From the IMG/VR virus record IMGVR_UViG_3300008108_000057, positions 32,001-96,000 of that record: 64,000 nt of DNA; one strand, given 5' to 3'. The stretch comes from a virus. Shown in pieces: positions 20,791-31,298 of the stretch. The stretch's first letter is position 1. Each line of letters begins with the position of its first letter. The notes under the pieces were generated by a model, which saw only the letters and a program-made list of their open reading frames with translations, was not told where the DNA came from and searched no databases. A program made the position numbers and the translations under genes.

Positions 20791-21071
20791 ATAACAATAT
20801 TTTACAAGCAAACGGTATGTCAATATATCAGCATACCTATAAAAATTATCAATTACATATACTTGTTGATCATAACAGTAAATCAGTTCAGGTACAAATT
20901 ATAAATCCTCAGAACTCTGGCCATTGTGTGTTAAACAAGGTTGATATTGATGAACAAGTTGACTTAAATGATCAAGCATCTGCGATTGCAGCTATTGTAT
21001 CATGGAGTGAACTTGATGATAAAATTTTTAGGGCACAAAAAATCTTTGAAGATTGTCCTGTAGAAGAATAA
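20784..21071 (+). CDS. Hypothetical protein
   Basis: 95-aa ORF between two paralogous fibre genes. Confidence 0.5.
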   Translation: MVNNNILQANGMSIYQHTYKNYQLHILVDHNSKSVQVQIINPQNSGHCVLNKVDIDEQVDLNDQASAIAAIVSWSELDDKIFRAQKIFEDCPVEE

Positions 21072-21079
21072 ATTAAAAA

Positions 21080-21805
21080 ATGATAACAAGAGTTAGAAGT
21101 TCTACGTTAGCTAATACTGCGGTTACAGTAGGATCTTATGGTGGTGCGTCACAAATTCCTTCGTTTACTGTAGATCAACAAGGTAGAATTACTTCAGCAA
21201 CAAATAATGCTGTAGGCACCGTGCAGATTTCTGGTGGTGGTACTGGTGCTACTGATGCGCCGACAGCTAGAACCAATTTAGGCTTAGGTACTATAAGTAC
21301 CCAATCAGCAGCTTCAGTGAATATTACAGGTGGTAACATATCTGGTCTTGCTACTTTTCAGCTTGGTACAACCGCTGCCGGAAAATTATATCAAGACATG
21401 TTTAATGCCAGTTTTACTGAGGCAACAGCAACTCAAGATATTGATATATGGCCGTATTTAATCAATAGTTCTGCATCATATAACTTTGTAAGAGTAAAAG
21501 TTCATGGAGCATATTGGCCTACTAGTAATCCAGTAACTCCAGCTCAATCAAGACTTTATAAAGAATGGCTAGTTGGAATATGGTACAACGATAGCACAGG
21601 TCTTTATACAGTAGAAGGTGGTTCATTAACAGCTAGTTTCAATTCAGATGGTACTAACTTTCCTGCTGGTGTATTTAATGGAGGTAAAGCTTTTATAGCA
21701 GGTACTGGTACATCTTCTGTTGCAATTAGACTTGGAAATAGAACCTCACCAGCGGTAGGTTCGTTTGCTTATTTTAACGTTTTGCTAGAAGTGATGAGTT
21801 GGTAA
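21080..21805 (+). CDS. Tail fibre-like protein, paralog of 19771-20790
   Basis: Shared N-terminus and C-terminal SRLYK...VGIWYN.STG.YTV...FNSDGTNF.AG domain. Confidence 0.7.
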   Translation: MITRVRSSTLANTAVTVGSYGGASQIPSFTVDQQGRITSATNNAVGTVQISGGGTGATDAPTARTNLGLGTISTQSAASVNITGGNISGLATFQLGTTAAGKLYQDMFNASFTEATATQDIDIWPYLINSSASYNFVRVKVHGAYWPTSNPVTPAQSRLYKEWLVGIWYNDSTGLYTVEGGSLTASFNSDGTNFPAGVFNGGKAFIAGTGTSSVAIRLGNRTSPAVGSFAYFNVLLEVMSW

Positions 21806-21840
21806 TTATATTTTATAAATTAAAAACATAGAGGAAAAAT

Positions 21841-22188
21841 ATGCCTGCAGGTTATCAAGATTTATTTCTAGAACAAGGTACAACATTTACTACGCAGATG
21901 ACTCTTGCTGATGATACTGGTGCACCTTATAATCTTACAGGCTTTACAGTAAGAAGTCAAGCAAGAAATTCTTATTATTCGTCAAATGTAGCAATTAATT
22001 TTACTGCAACTGTATATAGTGCAAACTCTGGTGTTATTCAATTGTCTGCAAACTCGGCAACAACGTCAAATGTTTCCACTATGCAAAAACTAGTATATGA
22101 TGTAATTATTACTGAAACATCAACAGGATCAGTTACTAGAGTTCTTGAAGGTCAAATATTTGTTTCACCATCTGTAACAAGAAACTAA
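21841..22188 (+). CDS. Virion structural/fibre-adaptor protein
   Basis: L.LEQG.TF...NLTG.T.RSQ.R...VYDV.I......TRVLEG...VSPSVT pattern typical of small T4-like virion proteins. Confidence 0.6.
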   Translation: MPAGYQDLFLEQGTTFTTQMTLADDTGAPYNLTGFTVRSQARNSYYSSNVAINFTATVYSANSGVIQLSANSATTSNVSTMQKLVYDVIITETSTGSVTRVLEGQIFVSPSVTRN

Positions 22189-22189
22189 A

Positions 22190-22453
22190 ATGCCAAATGT
22201 AATTGTTAATCCCGTACAGCAGATTAGTGTTAGAGTTAATCAAGGAAACCAGCAAACGGTTTACAGCACGGCATCATTTGTTGGGGCGAGTGATGCTGCG
22301 GCTCAAGCGAATACCGCTTTAGCATTAGCTCAAGCAGCCTATAACACAGCAAATACTAAAGTAAGTAAGTCTGGTGATACAATGACAGGTAATCTCGTAT
22401 TTGCTAATTCAGCCACAATTAGTGCAGTTATTGACGGTGGCATATTTACATAA
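22190..22453 (+). CDS. Small fibre-associated protein
   Basis: VSKSGDTMTGNL motif; C-terminal IDGGIF. Confidence 0.55.
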   Translation: MPNVIVNPVQQISVRVNQGNQQTVYSTASFVGASDAAAQANTALALAQAAYNTANTKVSKSGDTMTGNLVFANSATISAVIDGGIFT

Positions 22454-22483
22454 ATAAAAAGATAACAATAATAAGGACGTAAC

Positions 22484-24658
22484 ATGGCCTCTAATACCGA
22501 AATTCTCATTAAACGCTCGTTCTCTACGGCATCTCCGGCGAACTTGGCGGCAGGTGAATTAGCCTATTCTTACACCTCTAATAATCTGTTTATCGGTACG
22601 GCAGATGGTACAAATGCATTACAGATTGGTGGATTTAAAAATTTCACTAATATCACTCCCGGAGAATACGGTTCCACCACAGCAATTCCAGTCCTGCGTA
22701 TCTCGGCAAATGGTTTAGTTACCAATGTAACTACCTCTGCAATTGCAAGTACGCTTAATATTTCTGGTGATACTGGAACTGATGGAATTAATCTACTTAC
22801 AGAAACTCTTGCCTTTGCTGGAGGAGACGGTTTAACATCAGCAGTCACAGCAAATACAGTAACGTTTAATGTAGATAATACTGTTTTCCGTGCAAATACT
22901 CCTATTGTTACACAGTACATTGATTCTAGCGTTCAAATCGCAGGGAACTTAACAGTTCTTGGCACAGAAACCGTCATCAATGTTGATACTATTAAAGTTG
23001 ATGACCCATTAATTCAACTTGCTGCAAACAATACTTCTGACGTAGTTGATATTGGTTTTATTGGTCACTACTATGATGGGGTACAGAGACATACTGGTTT
23101 CTATCGTCATGCACAAGACAAACAATACTATCTGTTCAATAACTATACGACAGAACCAACATCAAACGTTATTACGCCGTTCTCTGATAGCTTTGTACTA
23201 GCAACATTAAGAGCAAACTTAACTGCAAATACGTCTAACGTACTAAATGTTCTAACACTTCAGTCCGGCTCTCAGTTGTATGCAAATGGTTCTTCATATT
23301 TTGCAAATGCTCCATATTTCGATGCGGGAGCAATATTAGATGATAACCTAGTTATCAACTCAGCGAAGCGTTTACGACTAAAGAATAACGATAACTCCGC
23401 AATAGTTGATATTTACAACGATGGTGGTGCTAATACAAATCTTCTATATGTCAATAGTGATATAGAAACATCAAGAAATCTATATGTCGCCAATCGTATC
23501 TACGGCAATCTAAGTAATAACACTCTCTACTTAGTACCAAGTGCCAACTATGCACCCGAAGTAAACGATCAATACATTATTGTTGATCCAACAGCACCAA
23601 ATCACATACACCTTCGTGCTGGTGGTGCAATAGATTCTTCTAATGCTGAATTGTTCTTAGGTGGTGAAAATACTAATGTTCAAGTGAGTGATAATGCCAA
23701 AGAAACATATATTACTGCAAATTCTCATTATTGGACATTTAGCAATGATGCTAAACTAATATTACCTAACGGTGGTGAAATTTATGGTGTTACTGGAACT
23801 ATATTTGTTGACTCCATACAAACAACATTTAGTGGTAATACAACTGCTAACGGTACTGTAACAGTTGGTACGAATCTTTTTGTACCTAATTTACCAAATA
23901 GTGCAACAGCAAATCTAGTTTACTATGATGCTGCAAATGGAAGATTTAGCTATGCAAGCGATAATGCACTAACCCCAACATCGATTGCTAATGGTGCATT
24001 CTCACTATCAATTCAAAGTACAGATGGATTATTAGTACATAATGGTGCAGGGTTACAGTTAGCTAATGGTGCAATCATCAAAGATACTGCGGGTGACGCA
24101 GTTGCCTTTGGACAGAATGCTGGTACAATAACTCAAGGATTACAAGCAGTTGCAATTGGTGATTCTGCTGGTTATAATAATCAAGGTGCATATGGTGTTG
24201 CAATTGGTTATGGTGCTGGTAACGTTAATCAAGGTCAAACTGCTGTTGCTATTGGTATCAATGCCGGTATAACCAATCAAGGTGCTTATGGTATTGCGAT
24301 TGGTAATTCTTCTGGTGGGGGACAAGGACAATACGCTATTGCATTAGGTTATGATAGTGGAGGACAACAAGGTGCATCTTCTATTGCTATCGGTGAACAA
24401 GCTGCTAAAGGTAATACAAGTGCAGCCGGAATCAATTCTATCTCAATAGGTAAATTTGCTGGCTTTGAAACTGCTGCTGCTGGTAGTATTATTTTGAATG
24501 CTTCTGGATCAAATCTAAGTTCTACAGTAGCAGGATTCTTTGTTAATCCAGTTCGTTATACAGAAACACAAGATGCTACTTATGATGGACTTGCATTCTA
24601 TAATTCAAATACAAAAGAGATTCGTTACTCATATGTTCTCGATGGAGGCAGCTTCTAA
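22484..24658 (+). CDS. Tail fibre/adhesin with YadA-head-like repeats
   Basis: N-terminal IKRS...P.NL..GELAY motif; approx. 15-aa AVAIG..AG..NQG repeats near 24095-24480; ends LDGGSF. Confidence 0.7.
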   Translation: MASNTEILIKRSFSTASPANLAAGELAYSYTSNNLFIGTADGTNALQIGGFKNFTNITPGEYGSTTAIPVLRISANGLVTNVTTSAIASTLNISGDTGTDGINLLTETLAFAGGDGLTSAVTANTVTFNVDNTVFRANTPIVTQYIDSSVQIAGNLTVLGTETVINVDTIKVDDPLIQLAANNTSDVVDIGFIGHYYDGVQRHTGFYRHAQDKQYYLFNNYTTEPTSNVITPFSDSFVLATLRANLTANTSNVLNVLTLQSGSQLYANGSSYFANAPYFDAGAILDDNLVINSAKRLRLKNNDNSAIVDIYNDGGANTNLLYVNSDIETSRNLYVANRIYGNLSNNTLYLVPSANYAPEVNDQYIIVDPTAPNHIHLRAGGAIDSSNAELFLGGENTNVQVSDNAKETYITANSHYWTFSNDAKLILPNGGEIYGVTGTIFVDSIQTTFSGNTTANGTVTVGTNLFVPNLPNSATANLVYYDAANGRFSYASDNALTPTSIANGAFSLSIQSTDGLLVHNGAGLQLANGAIIKDTAGDAVAFGQNAGTITQGLQAVAIGDSAGYNNQGAYGVAIGYGAGNVNQGQTAVAIGINAGITNQGAYGIAIGNSSGGGQGQYAIALGYDSGGQQGASSIAIGEQAAKGNTSAAGINSISIGKFAGFETAAAGSIILNASGSNLSSTVAGFFVNPVRYTETQDATYDGLAFYNSNTKEIRYSYVLDGGSF

Positions 24659-24699
24659 ATACAATGATTATATAATTTTCTAAATGATAGGAGTTTGAA

Positions 24700-25278
24700 A
24701 TGAGTCAGGAAAAGTATATTGAATATTATGTGGATGTAATGTCTAAGACCTTGCAAGATAGCATCGTCAAAAGCATTTCTCTACAGGCAAATTTAAAATT
24801 AACTGAAAATATTATTAAGGAGTTGCAAACAAAAGTTGAAGAATTAACTATTTCTGTTGAATCTTCAAAAAAAGAATTAGAAAATACAAAAGCAGATAAA
24901 AATGCTAATGATAACACTAAAATTCAGCAACTTCAAAATGCAAATAATGAATTAAATAATACGATTAATAATTTAAAAAATCAAATAACTGATCTTTCAA
25001 TTATTAAGTCTGAGTATGAAAATGTAAAGCATCAGTTACAACATATTGATACATTTACAAATGAATTGAATAAGACCCGTGAAGAATTGACAAGTGTGCA
25101 TGGAAAATATGGTTCTGAAATTAAAGAACTAAATGACCAAATTGACTATTTAAAATTAACTCCTGCCAAAAGAAAAAAAATTGATGAGGCTAAGGCCGCA
25201 CAAACAGTAGTTGTTAGTGCAGAATTGGAAGAATTAGTAGTATCGGACGAAATCATCAAGGACGGCGGAAGTTTTTAA
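24700..25278 (+). CDS. Coiled-coil protein
   Basis: Heptad-rich; AGGAG RBS; ends KDGGSF. Confidence 0.65.
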   Translation: MSQEKYIEYYVDVMSKTLQDSIVKSISLQANLKLTENIIKELQTKVEELTISVESSKKELENTKADKNANDNTKIQQLQNANNELNNTINNLKNQITDLSIIKSEYENVKHQLQHIDTFTNELNKTREELTSVHGKYGSEIKELNDQIDYLKLTPAKRKKIDEAKAAQTVVVSAELEELVVSDEIIKDGGSF

Positions 25279-25281
25279 TAA

Positions 25282-26340
25282 ATGTCAAATACAACAATAC
25301 AGTTAAGAAAATCAGGACAAACAGGTAATACGCCAGCTAACCTAGCACATGGTGAGTTGGCGATTAACTATGCTGACGGTAAACTGTTCTATAAGAATGG
25401 TGTTGGTATTAAGTCAATTGAAAACCAAAAAACGTTTTCAACGATTAATGCTAACAACTCTCTTATCATTGCTACAACACCAACAGATATCTTAAATATT
25501 GTTCCAGGCAATAATGTTACGATATCAACAAATACAATTTCCAAGACAGTCACAATTAACTCTACTGCAACTGGTGGTGTAGAAGATACTGTTGCTAGAG
25601 AATTAGCACAAGGCGCATTTACTGCTGCAAATACCGCAGGGTCAAATACTGTATATCTACAAGCAGTTAACGATTCACAAAATACCAACATTACTGCGGT
25701 TAATACTTTTTCTAGCTCCGCATTTGATTCTGCAAATGCAGGAGTAAATCTAGCAACCGCTTCTTATGCTCAAGCCAATAATGCTTCAGGTAACACCGTA
25801 GCATTACAGGCACAGATGACAACAACTAACACTAACGTTACTAGTGTTAATACATTTGCACAGTCAGGATTTAACTCAGCAAATGCAGGAGTTACTCTAG
25901 CGGCAGCAGCATATAACCAAGCCAATACCGCATCAAGTAATACAGTATACTTACAATCAATCAATGATTTACAGAATACTAATATCACTTCTGTAAATAC
26001 TTTTACTGGTTCTGCATTTAACTCAGCAAACGCTGGAGTAGCATTAGCTACCTCCGCATATGGTAAAGCTAACGCTGAAGGTGAAATTAATAATACGCAG
26101 AATACTTGGATTGCAAATACTAATACTTTTGCACAAGCGGCATATAATTTTGCAAACACACGTTTCAGTTCATCTGGTGGTACAATTTCAGGCAACGTAA
26201 CAATTCAAAATGATTTGAGTGTTTTGGGTAATGTTAATTTTATCGGAAATGTTACTTCTGTAACTGTTACAGGTAACAGTGGTCAGTTTTTCGGTTATGC
26301 ATCAAATGGACTGCAAATCACGATGGTTATTCACAGATAA
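25282..26340 (+). CDS. Long tail fibre, N-terminal part (frame disrupted near 26310)
   Basis: QLRKS...P.NL.HGELAINYADGKLFYK start; 49-aa stalk repeats; fibre-like sequence continues in the -1 frame from 26310. Confidence 0.65.
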   Translation: MSNTTIQLRKSGQTGNTPANLAHGELAINYADGKLFYKNGVGIKSIENQKTFSTINANNSLIIATTPTDILNIVPGNNVTISTNTISKTVTINSTATGGVEDTVARELAQGAFTAANTAGSNTVYLQAVNDSQNTNITAVNTFSSSAFDSANAGVNLATASYAQANNASGNTVALQAQMTTTNTNVTSVNTFAQSGFNSANAGVTLAAAAYNQANTASSNTVYLQSINDLQNTNITSVNTFTGSAFNSANAGVALATSAYGKANAEGEINNTQNTWIANTNTFAQAAYNFANTRFSSSGGTISGNVTIQNDLSVLGNVNFIGNVTSVTVTGNSGQFFGYASNGLQITMVIHR

Positions 26341-28595
26341 ACATTCAAAATATTAATAGTGGACTTGATGCATCTAGTGATTTGGTTGCAACTGCTGATA
26401 ATGGTACTGAAGATGATACATATATTGCCGCAGGTATCGGTAGTAGTCAACATAGTGTTTCAGACTATACTTTGGTTGGACCAAACGATGGATACCTTTA
26501 TGTGTCAGGTAACACAACTACTGGTGGTGGTGATCTTGTAATAGGTACATTTTTACCCCAAAATGATGTAATAATTGCCGCAGGCGGCATGAATACAGAA
26601 AATGAACAGATGCGTATCATCGGTTCAAGCAACACAATTAGTATTCGTTCTAATGTAAATTCAAGTTTAGCTAAAAGTGTACTTCTAGGACCCATTGCAA
26701 ATCTTCATATCACTGGAGGAAGTACAGGTCAATTATTATCTACTGATGGTTCTGGAAATTTAAGTTTTATCAATTCTCCAGCAGACTTAGCTTCTGCTGC
26801 TTATGCTCAAGCTAATAATGCATCAAGTAATACTGTAGCTATACAGGCAGTTAATGATCTACAGAATACTAATATTACTTCAGTAAACACTTTTGCTGCA
26901 TCAGCATTTAATAGTGCTAATGCTGGAGTTACTCTAGCAACTGCTGCTTTTGAGGTAGCAAATACCGCAGCAGGTAATACTGTGGCTCTACAGTCACAGA
27001 TGACTACCACAAATACTAATATTACATCAGTAAACACATTTGCTGGTTCTGCTTTTAATTCTGCTAATGCAGGAGTAACTTTAGCAACGGCTGCCTTTGA
27101 AGCAGCAAACACCGCAGCAGGTAATACTGTTTACCTACAAACAGTTAATAACCTACAAAATACAAATATTACTGCTGTTAATACGTTTGCTCAAGCAGCT
27201 TATGATAAGGCGAATACTGGAGGTGGTGGAAGTGATACTGTAGCATTCGCTGCTTATGCTCAAGCTAATAATGCATCAAGTAATACTGTAGCCTTGCAAG
27301 CAGTTAATGATCTACAGAATACCAATATTACTTCAGTCAATACATTTACTCAGGCAGCATATAACTCAGCAAATGCAGGAGTAACTTTAGCAACGGCTGC
27401 CTTTGAAGCAGCAAACACCGCAGGATCAAATACTGTATACTTACAAGCAGTTAATGATCTACAGAATACCAATATTACTAGTGTTAATACCTTTGCTCAA
27501 GCAGGATTCAACAAAGCAAATGATGCAGTACAAACAGGGTTCACAACAATATCTGCAAATGCTGTTTCAATTACACCAGCAAATAATGCAGACACCTTAA
27601 CAATTAATCCTGGTACCAATATAACAATATCTGCATGTACCACTACAAAAACAATTACAATTAATTCGACAGCAAGTGGTGGTGGAGGTGGAAGTACAAC
27701 ATTAATATCTGACGTTAGGTCTTTTATTGCCAATAGTGGACAAACAGTATTTACTGTTCCTACATATGTTGTAGGAGAAAATAGAATTAGAGTATTTGTT
27801 AACGGTGTAAGACAAAATAATGTTGTCGATTATGCTGAAACTAATCCAACAACTATAACTTTAAATCCTGCGGCTGACGCAGGTGATAATGTTGTTTTTG
27901 AAGTTACTGCCTTTGATGGAGCATTAACTCCAAACCAAAACACTTGGATTAATAATACTGATACTTTTGCTAAAATGGCTGCCTTTACTGCCAATGCAGC
28001 ATATAATACAGCAAACACTCCACCAACTAGAGGAATAACAACAGACGCTAGTTATTATCCAGTTTTTGTTGACGCTAATAATTCTACCGCATTAGTTGAA
28101 TCACTTCATACCAACTTAAATTTAAATTATAATCCTTCCACTTCATTACTATTTGTATCTTCTGCTAACATATTATCTTTAGGTGTTGGAACAGCACCAT
28201 CTCCAACTGGTGGTGATATTCGTGCATCCAACAATATTACTGCATTCTTCTCTGATGAAAGATTGAAAATAAACATCAAACCTATTGATAATGCATTAGA
28301 AAAGATACAAGAAATTTCTGGTGTATACTATAATACAAATGAATTGGCTAGAACATACGGTTATACTGACACATCCGAACATGTCGGTGTTATAGCACAA
28401 CAAATTCAAAGTGTGTTACCACACGCTGTTAAGCCTGCTCCATTCGACACAGACTTTGATAAAAATGGAAATATATTTTCGAAATCTGGAGAAAATTATC
28501 TAACTGTACAGTATGAAAAATTAATTCCTCTCTTAATTCAAGCAATTAAAGAACAGCAAGAACAGATTGATGAGTTGAAACGAAATGCTAAATAA
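26310..28595 (+). CDS. Long tail fibre, C-terminal part with S74 chaperone domain (continuation of 25282 in the -1 frame)
   Basis: -1 frame reads TANHDGYSQINIQNINSGLDASSDLVATADNG, homologous to the 4658 protein; same 49-aa repeats; FSDERLK...GVIAQQ...YEKLIPLLIQAIKE. Confidence 0.7.
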   Translation, partial: TANHDGYSQINIQNINSGLDASSDLVATADNGTEDDTYIAAGIGSSQHSVSDYTLVGPNDGYLYVSGNTTTGGGDLVIGTFLPQNDVIIAAGGMNTENEQMRIIGSSNTISIRSNVNSSLAKSVLLGPIANLHITGGSTGQLLSTDGSGNLSFINSPADLASAAYAQANNASSNTVAIQAVNDLQNTNITSVNTFAASAFNSANAGVTLATAAFEVANTAAGNTVALQSQMTTTNTNITSVNTFAGSAFNSANAGVTLATAAFEAANTAAGNTVYLQTVNNLQNTNITAVNTFAQAAYDKANTGGGGSDTVAFAAYAQANNASSNTVALQAVNDLQNTNITSVNTFTQAAYNSANAGVTLATAAFEAANTAGSNTVYLQAVNDLQNTNITSVNTFAQAGFNKANDAVQTGFTTISANAVSITPANNADTLTINPGTNITISACTTTKTITINSTASGGGGGSTTLISDVRSFIANSGQTVFTVPTYVVGENRIRVFVNGVRQNNVVDYAETNPTTITLNPAADAGDNVVFEVTAFDGALTPNQNTWINNTDTFAKMAAFTANAAYNTANTPPTRGITTDASYYPVFVDANNSTALVESLHTNLNLNYNPSTSLLFVSSANILSLGVGTAPSPTGGDIRASNNITAFFSDERLKINIKPIDNALEKIQEISGVYYNTNELARTYGYTDTSEHVGVIAQQIQSVLPHAVKPAPFDTDFDKNGNIFSKSGENYLTVQYEKLIPLLIQAIKEQQEQIDELKRNAK

Positions 28596-28641
28596 TTTTT
28601 CAAATTGTCGGAATTTTTTTATGGTAGGATAAGGAGTACAA

Positions 28642-29601
28642 ATGCCAATCCCTGGCCCAGGTCAATCGTTACCAATAACTACAATTGCTACTGAGTTTGG
28701 TGGCACGGTACCGCATGAAATTAGTGAATATTATCGTGGGGGTGCTTTAGTACCTAATTCTCCCGGTACTGCTACTATTCCTACGAGCGGAACAATAGCA
28801 TATTCAGATTTTTATAATACTTCAGCTACAACAAGAGTTGCAATACCTTTAGTGATTTCAGCGTCAACCGACAACTATAATGTATATACGAGTCGTGGAC
28901 CAACTTATAATCCTGGTAATTCTGATATTACAGTCACAATAAATCCAGGAGTAACTGTAGGAAGCTCAAGCACTCCTGCTTATGCATTTTCGGTGCCTTC
29001 AGAATTTTCTCCTGCTGACACTATAACTGTCATCAATAATGGTCTAATTCAAGGTAAAGGAGGAGCTGGTGGTCGTGGTACTGGCTCAAGCTCAACGTCC
29101 TGTGCCGGTGCTGTTGGTGGTAATGCAATATTTGTTAATAGACCAACAGTTATTACTAATAATGGTACTGTTGCAGCTGGAGGTGGCGGAGGTGGCGGAG
29201 GAGGAGCGAACTTCGTTCCTAGACCGGCCAAGTCAGGAGGACCAAGATATGCACTTGGTGGTGGCGGTGGCGGAGGAGCAAGTGCACCACCATCAGCAGG
29301 TGGTCCTCTAGGTCCTGGCCCATTTCCAGGAACGTCAGCAACGGTAGGTGGTCCAGGTACCAGTCCTGCTGGTGGTACTGGTGGTACTGGAGGAACAAGT
29401 CTTCCAGGGGTTGCAATTGGAGGTGCAGGTGGAGCTGGTGGTGGTAGAGGTGCTGCCGGTACTGCTGGCACAAACCGAACGTATGCACCAAACCCAGCCT
29501 TAGGCCTCGGCGGCGCAGGAGGAGCGGCTGGAAATTATATCGTAGGTAATCCATTCGTAACTTGGCCAGTAACAGGTACCCGACAAGGTGGCGTAGCCTA
29601 A
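28642..29601 (+). CDS. Glycine-rich distal adhesin / receptor-binding protein (gp38-like architecture)
   Basis: Polyglycine motifs (GGGGGGGGG, GGAGG) alternating with loops; directly after the S74-bearing fibre; AAGGAG RBS. Confidence 0.65.
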   Translation: MPIPGPGQSLPITTIATEFGGTVPHEISEYYRGGALVPNSPGTATIPTSGTIAYSDFYNTSATTRVAIPLVISASTDNYNVYTSRGPTYNPGNSDITVTINPGVTVGSSSTPAYAFSVPSEFSPADTITVINNGLIQGKGGAGGRGTGSSSTSCAGAVGGNAIFVNRPTVITNNGTVAAGGGGGGGGGANFVPRPAKSGGPRYALGGGGGGGASAPPSAGGPLGPGPFPGTSATVGGPGTSPAGGTGGTGGTSLPGVAIGGAGGAGGGRGAAGTAGTNRTYAPNPALGLGGAGGAAGNYIVGNPFVTWPVTGTRQGGVA

Positions 29602-29618
29602 TAAAAAAAAGGATTTAT

Positions 29619-29960
29619 ATGAACACACTTTATATGAAAATACATCAATTTGAAGAACAGAGTCATTCTTTGATAGTATCATTTGCCTCAGATACGACAG
29701 AACATCAAGATCCGGATAAATATCCAGCATATGCTTATCAGCCGCTACATATGTGGCCAGGCGTAAATGACCCAGAAGAAATAAAAAAACGAATTGCAAT
29801 TTCTGGAATGTATCACGCCGAGCAGCAAGAGCGTGAAGAAAAATTTGTTGCAGATTCAGCAAAAATACAACAGTATAAAGACATGATTGGACAGGTATCT
29901 TCATATTCTATAGAAGATTTGGCACCAACTACTCCTCCCGAATTTGTTATAGAGGTGTGA
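29619..29960 (+). CDS. Hypothetical protein
   Basis: ATG at 29619 after AAGGA; the longer start in the ORF track overlaps the previous gene. Confidence 0.55.
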   Translation: MNTLYMKIHQFEEQSHSLIVSFASDTTEHQDPDKYPAYAYQPLHMWPGVNDPEEIKKRIAISGMYHAEQQEREEKFVADSAKIQQYKDMIGQVSSYSIEDLAPTTPPEFVIEV

Positions 29961-29961
29961 A

Positions 29962-30480
29962 ATGTTTAAATTCCCACCTAAGGTATTAAAGGCATTTGAT
30001 ATACTGGTAGTTAAAACTGAAGTTTTTTCTGGCGCCATATTAACTGTAGAGCCTATATTAGATGGTGTTTTCACAGTTGGATCCAGCTTTGATTATGTTT
30101 GGATGATAAGTAAAGGACGCCTGGTATGTACAGAGACAACTACGGGTGAAGTTGTTGAATTGAGAAAAGGTGAATCTACTCTAACAAAATCTTTTTCAAA
30201 AGGAGAGTGGAGAATGCAGGTTATGGAAGATACAGAAAGTCTATGTGTTAGTCCTTTTTTGAATGAATCAACGTCACAGATAACAGACAAAGTTGCTCCT
30301 TTTGCTATACTTTCTGGACAAAATAAAGCCATATCAAAAGATTCAAAGTTATTTTTAGGATCAGGTTCTTTGCAGATTGATGATCGTACTTTTAATTCTC
30401 CTGCACAAATTCGTTTTTCTAAAGGAAATAAGATAGTTCATGCAAATGAAGATTCTTTTGGGTTTTTTATTTTAACATAA
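29962..30480 (+). CDS. Hypothetical protein
   Basis: 172-aa ORF, tightly packed. Confidence 0.55.
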   Translation: MFKFPPKVLKAFDILVVKTEVFSGAILTVEPILDGVFTVGSSFDYVWMISKGRLVCTETTTGEVVELRKGESTLTKSFSKGEWRMQVMEDTESLCVSPFLNESTSQITDKVAPFAILSGQNKAISKDSKLFLGSGSLQIDDRTFNSPAQIRFSKGNKIVHANEDSFGFFILT

Positions 30481-30517
30481 ATATAATAATCTAGAGAACT
30501 CCAACTATAATAAAAAA

Positions 30518-31297
30518 ATGGCCCAAATAACTAACAGACAAGAATTTAAAGACTATTGCCTTCGTCGTTTAGGGTTTCCTGTAATTGATATTAATATCGA
30601 TGACGAGCAGATAGAGGACAGAATTGACGATGCCATGCAATACTGGCAAGACTATCATTTCGACGGCCTACAAAAAGTCTACTATATCAAAGCAGTAACA
30701 CAACAAGATATCAATCAGCGTTATATTGATATGCGTCCATCTGTCACAAAAGATGCATCAAACAATTCTTTAAATATTGTTGGTGTAACTAGAATCTTTC
30801 CTATTCAAGACTCTCAGGCAACAATCAATATGTTTGACCTGCGTTATCAGTTACGTTTAAATGAATTGTATGACTTCACTTCAGCATCTTATATCAATTA
30901 CACATTGACAATGCAACATCTGCGTTCACTGGAAATATTATTTACTGGTGAAGTACCTATTCGTTTTCAGAGACATATGCATAAATTGTTTATTGATTGG
31001 GCATGGGGTGCTTCTGAGGCTCCTGTTGGTACTATAGTTGTTGCTGAGTGTTATGCATTAATTAATCCAGATGTTTATCATGCTGTCTGGGATGATCGTT
31101 GGCTCAAACGATATGCTACAGCACTCATCAAACGCAATTGGGGAGACAACCTCAAAAAGTTTCAAGGCGTTCAATTGTTAGGTGGTGTTACACTAAACGG
31201 TGACAAAATCTACGAAGATGCAGTTGACGAAATCAAACAACTGGAACAAGAAATGGAAAGCAATTACGGCGCACCGCTAGAGTGGTTCATGAACTAA
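30518..31297 (+). CDS. Neck protein gp13
   Basis: YCLRRLG.PVI.IN....QIEDRIDDA.Q...DYHFDG; WLKRYATALIK..WG.NL.KF.G..L.GGVTLNG. Confidence 0.92.
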   Translation: MAQITNRQEFKDYCLRRLGFPVIDINIDDEQIEDRIDDAMQYWQDYHFDGLQKVYYIKAVTQQDINQRYIDMRPSVTKDASNNSLNIVGVTRIFPIQDSQATINMFDLRYQLRLNELYDFTSASYINYTLTMQHLRSLEILFTGEVPIRFQRHMHKLFIDWAWGASEAPVGTIVVAECYALINPDVYHAVWDDRWLKRYATALIKRNWGDNLKKFQGVQLLGGVTLNGDKIYEDAVDEIKQLEQEMESNYGAPLEWFMN

Positions 31298-31298
31298 G

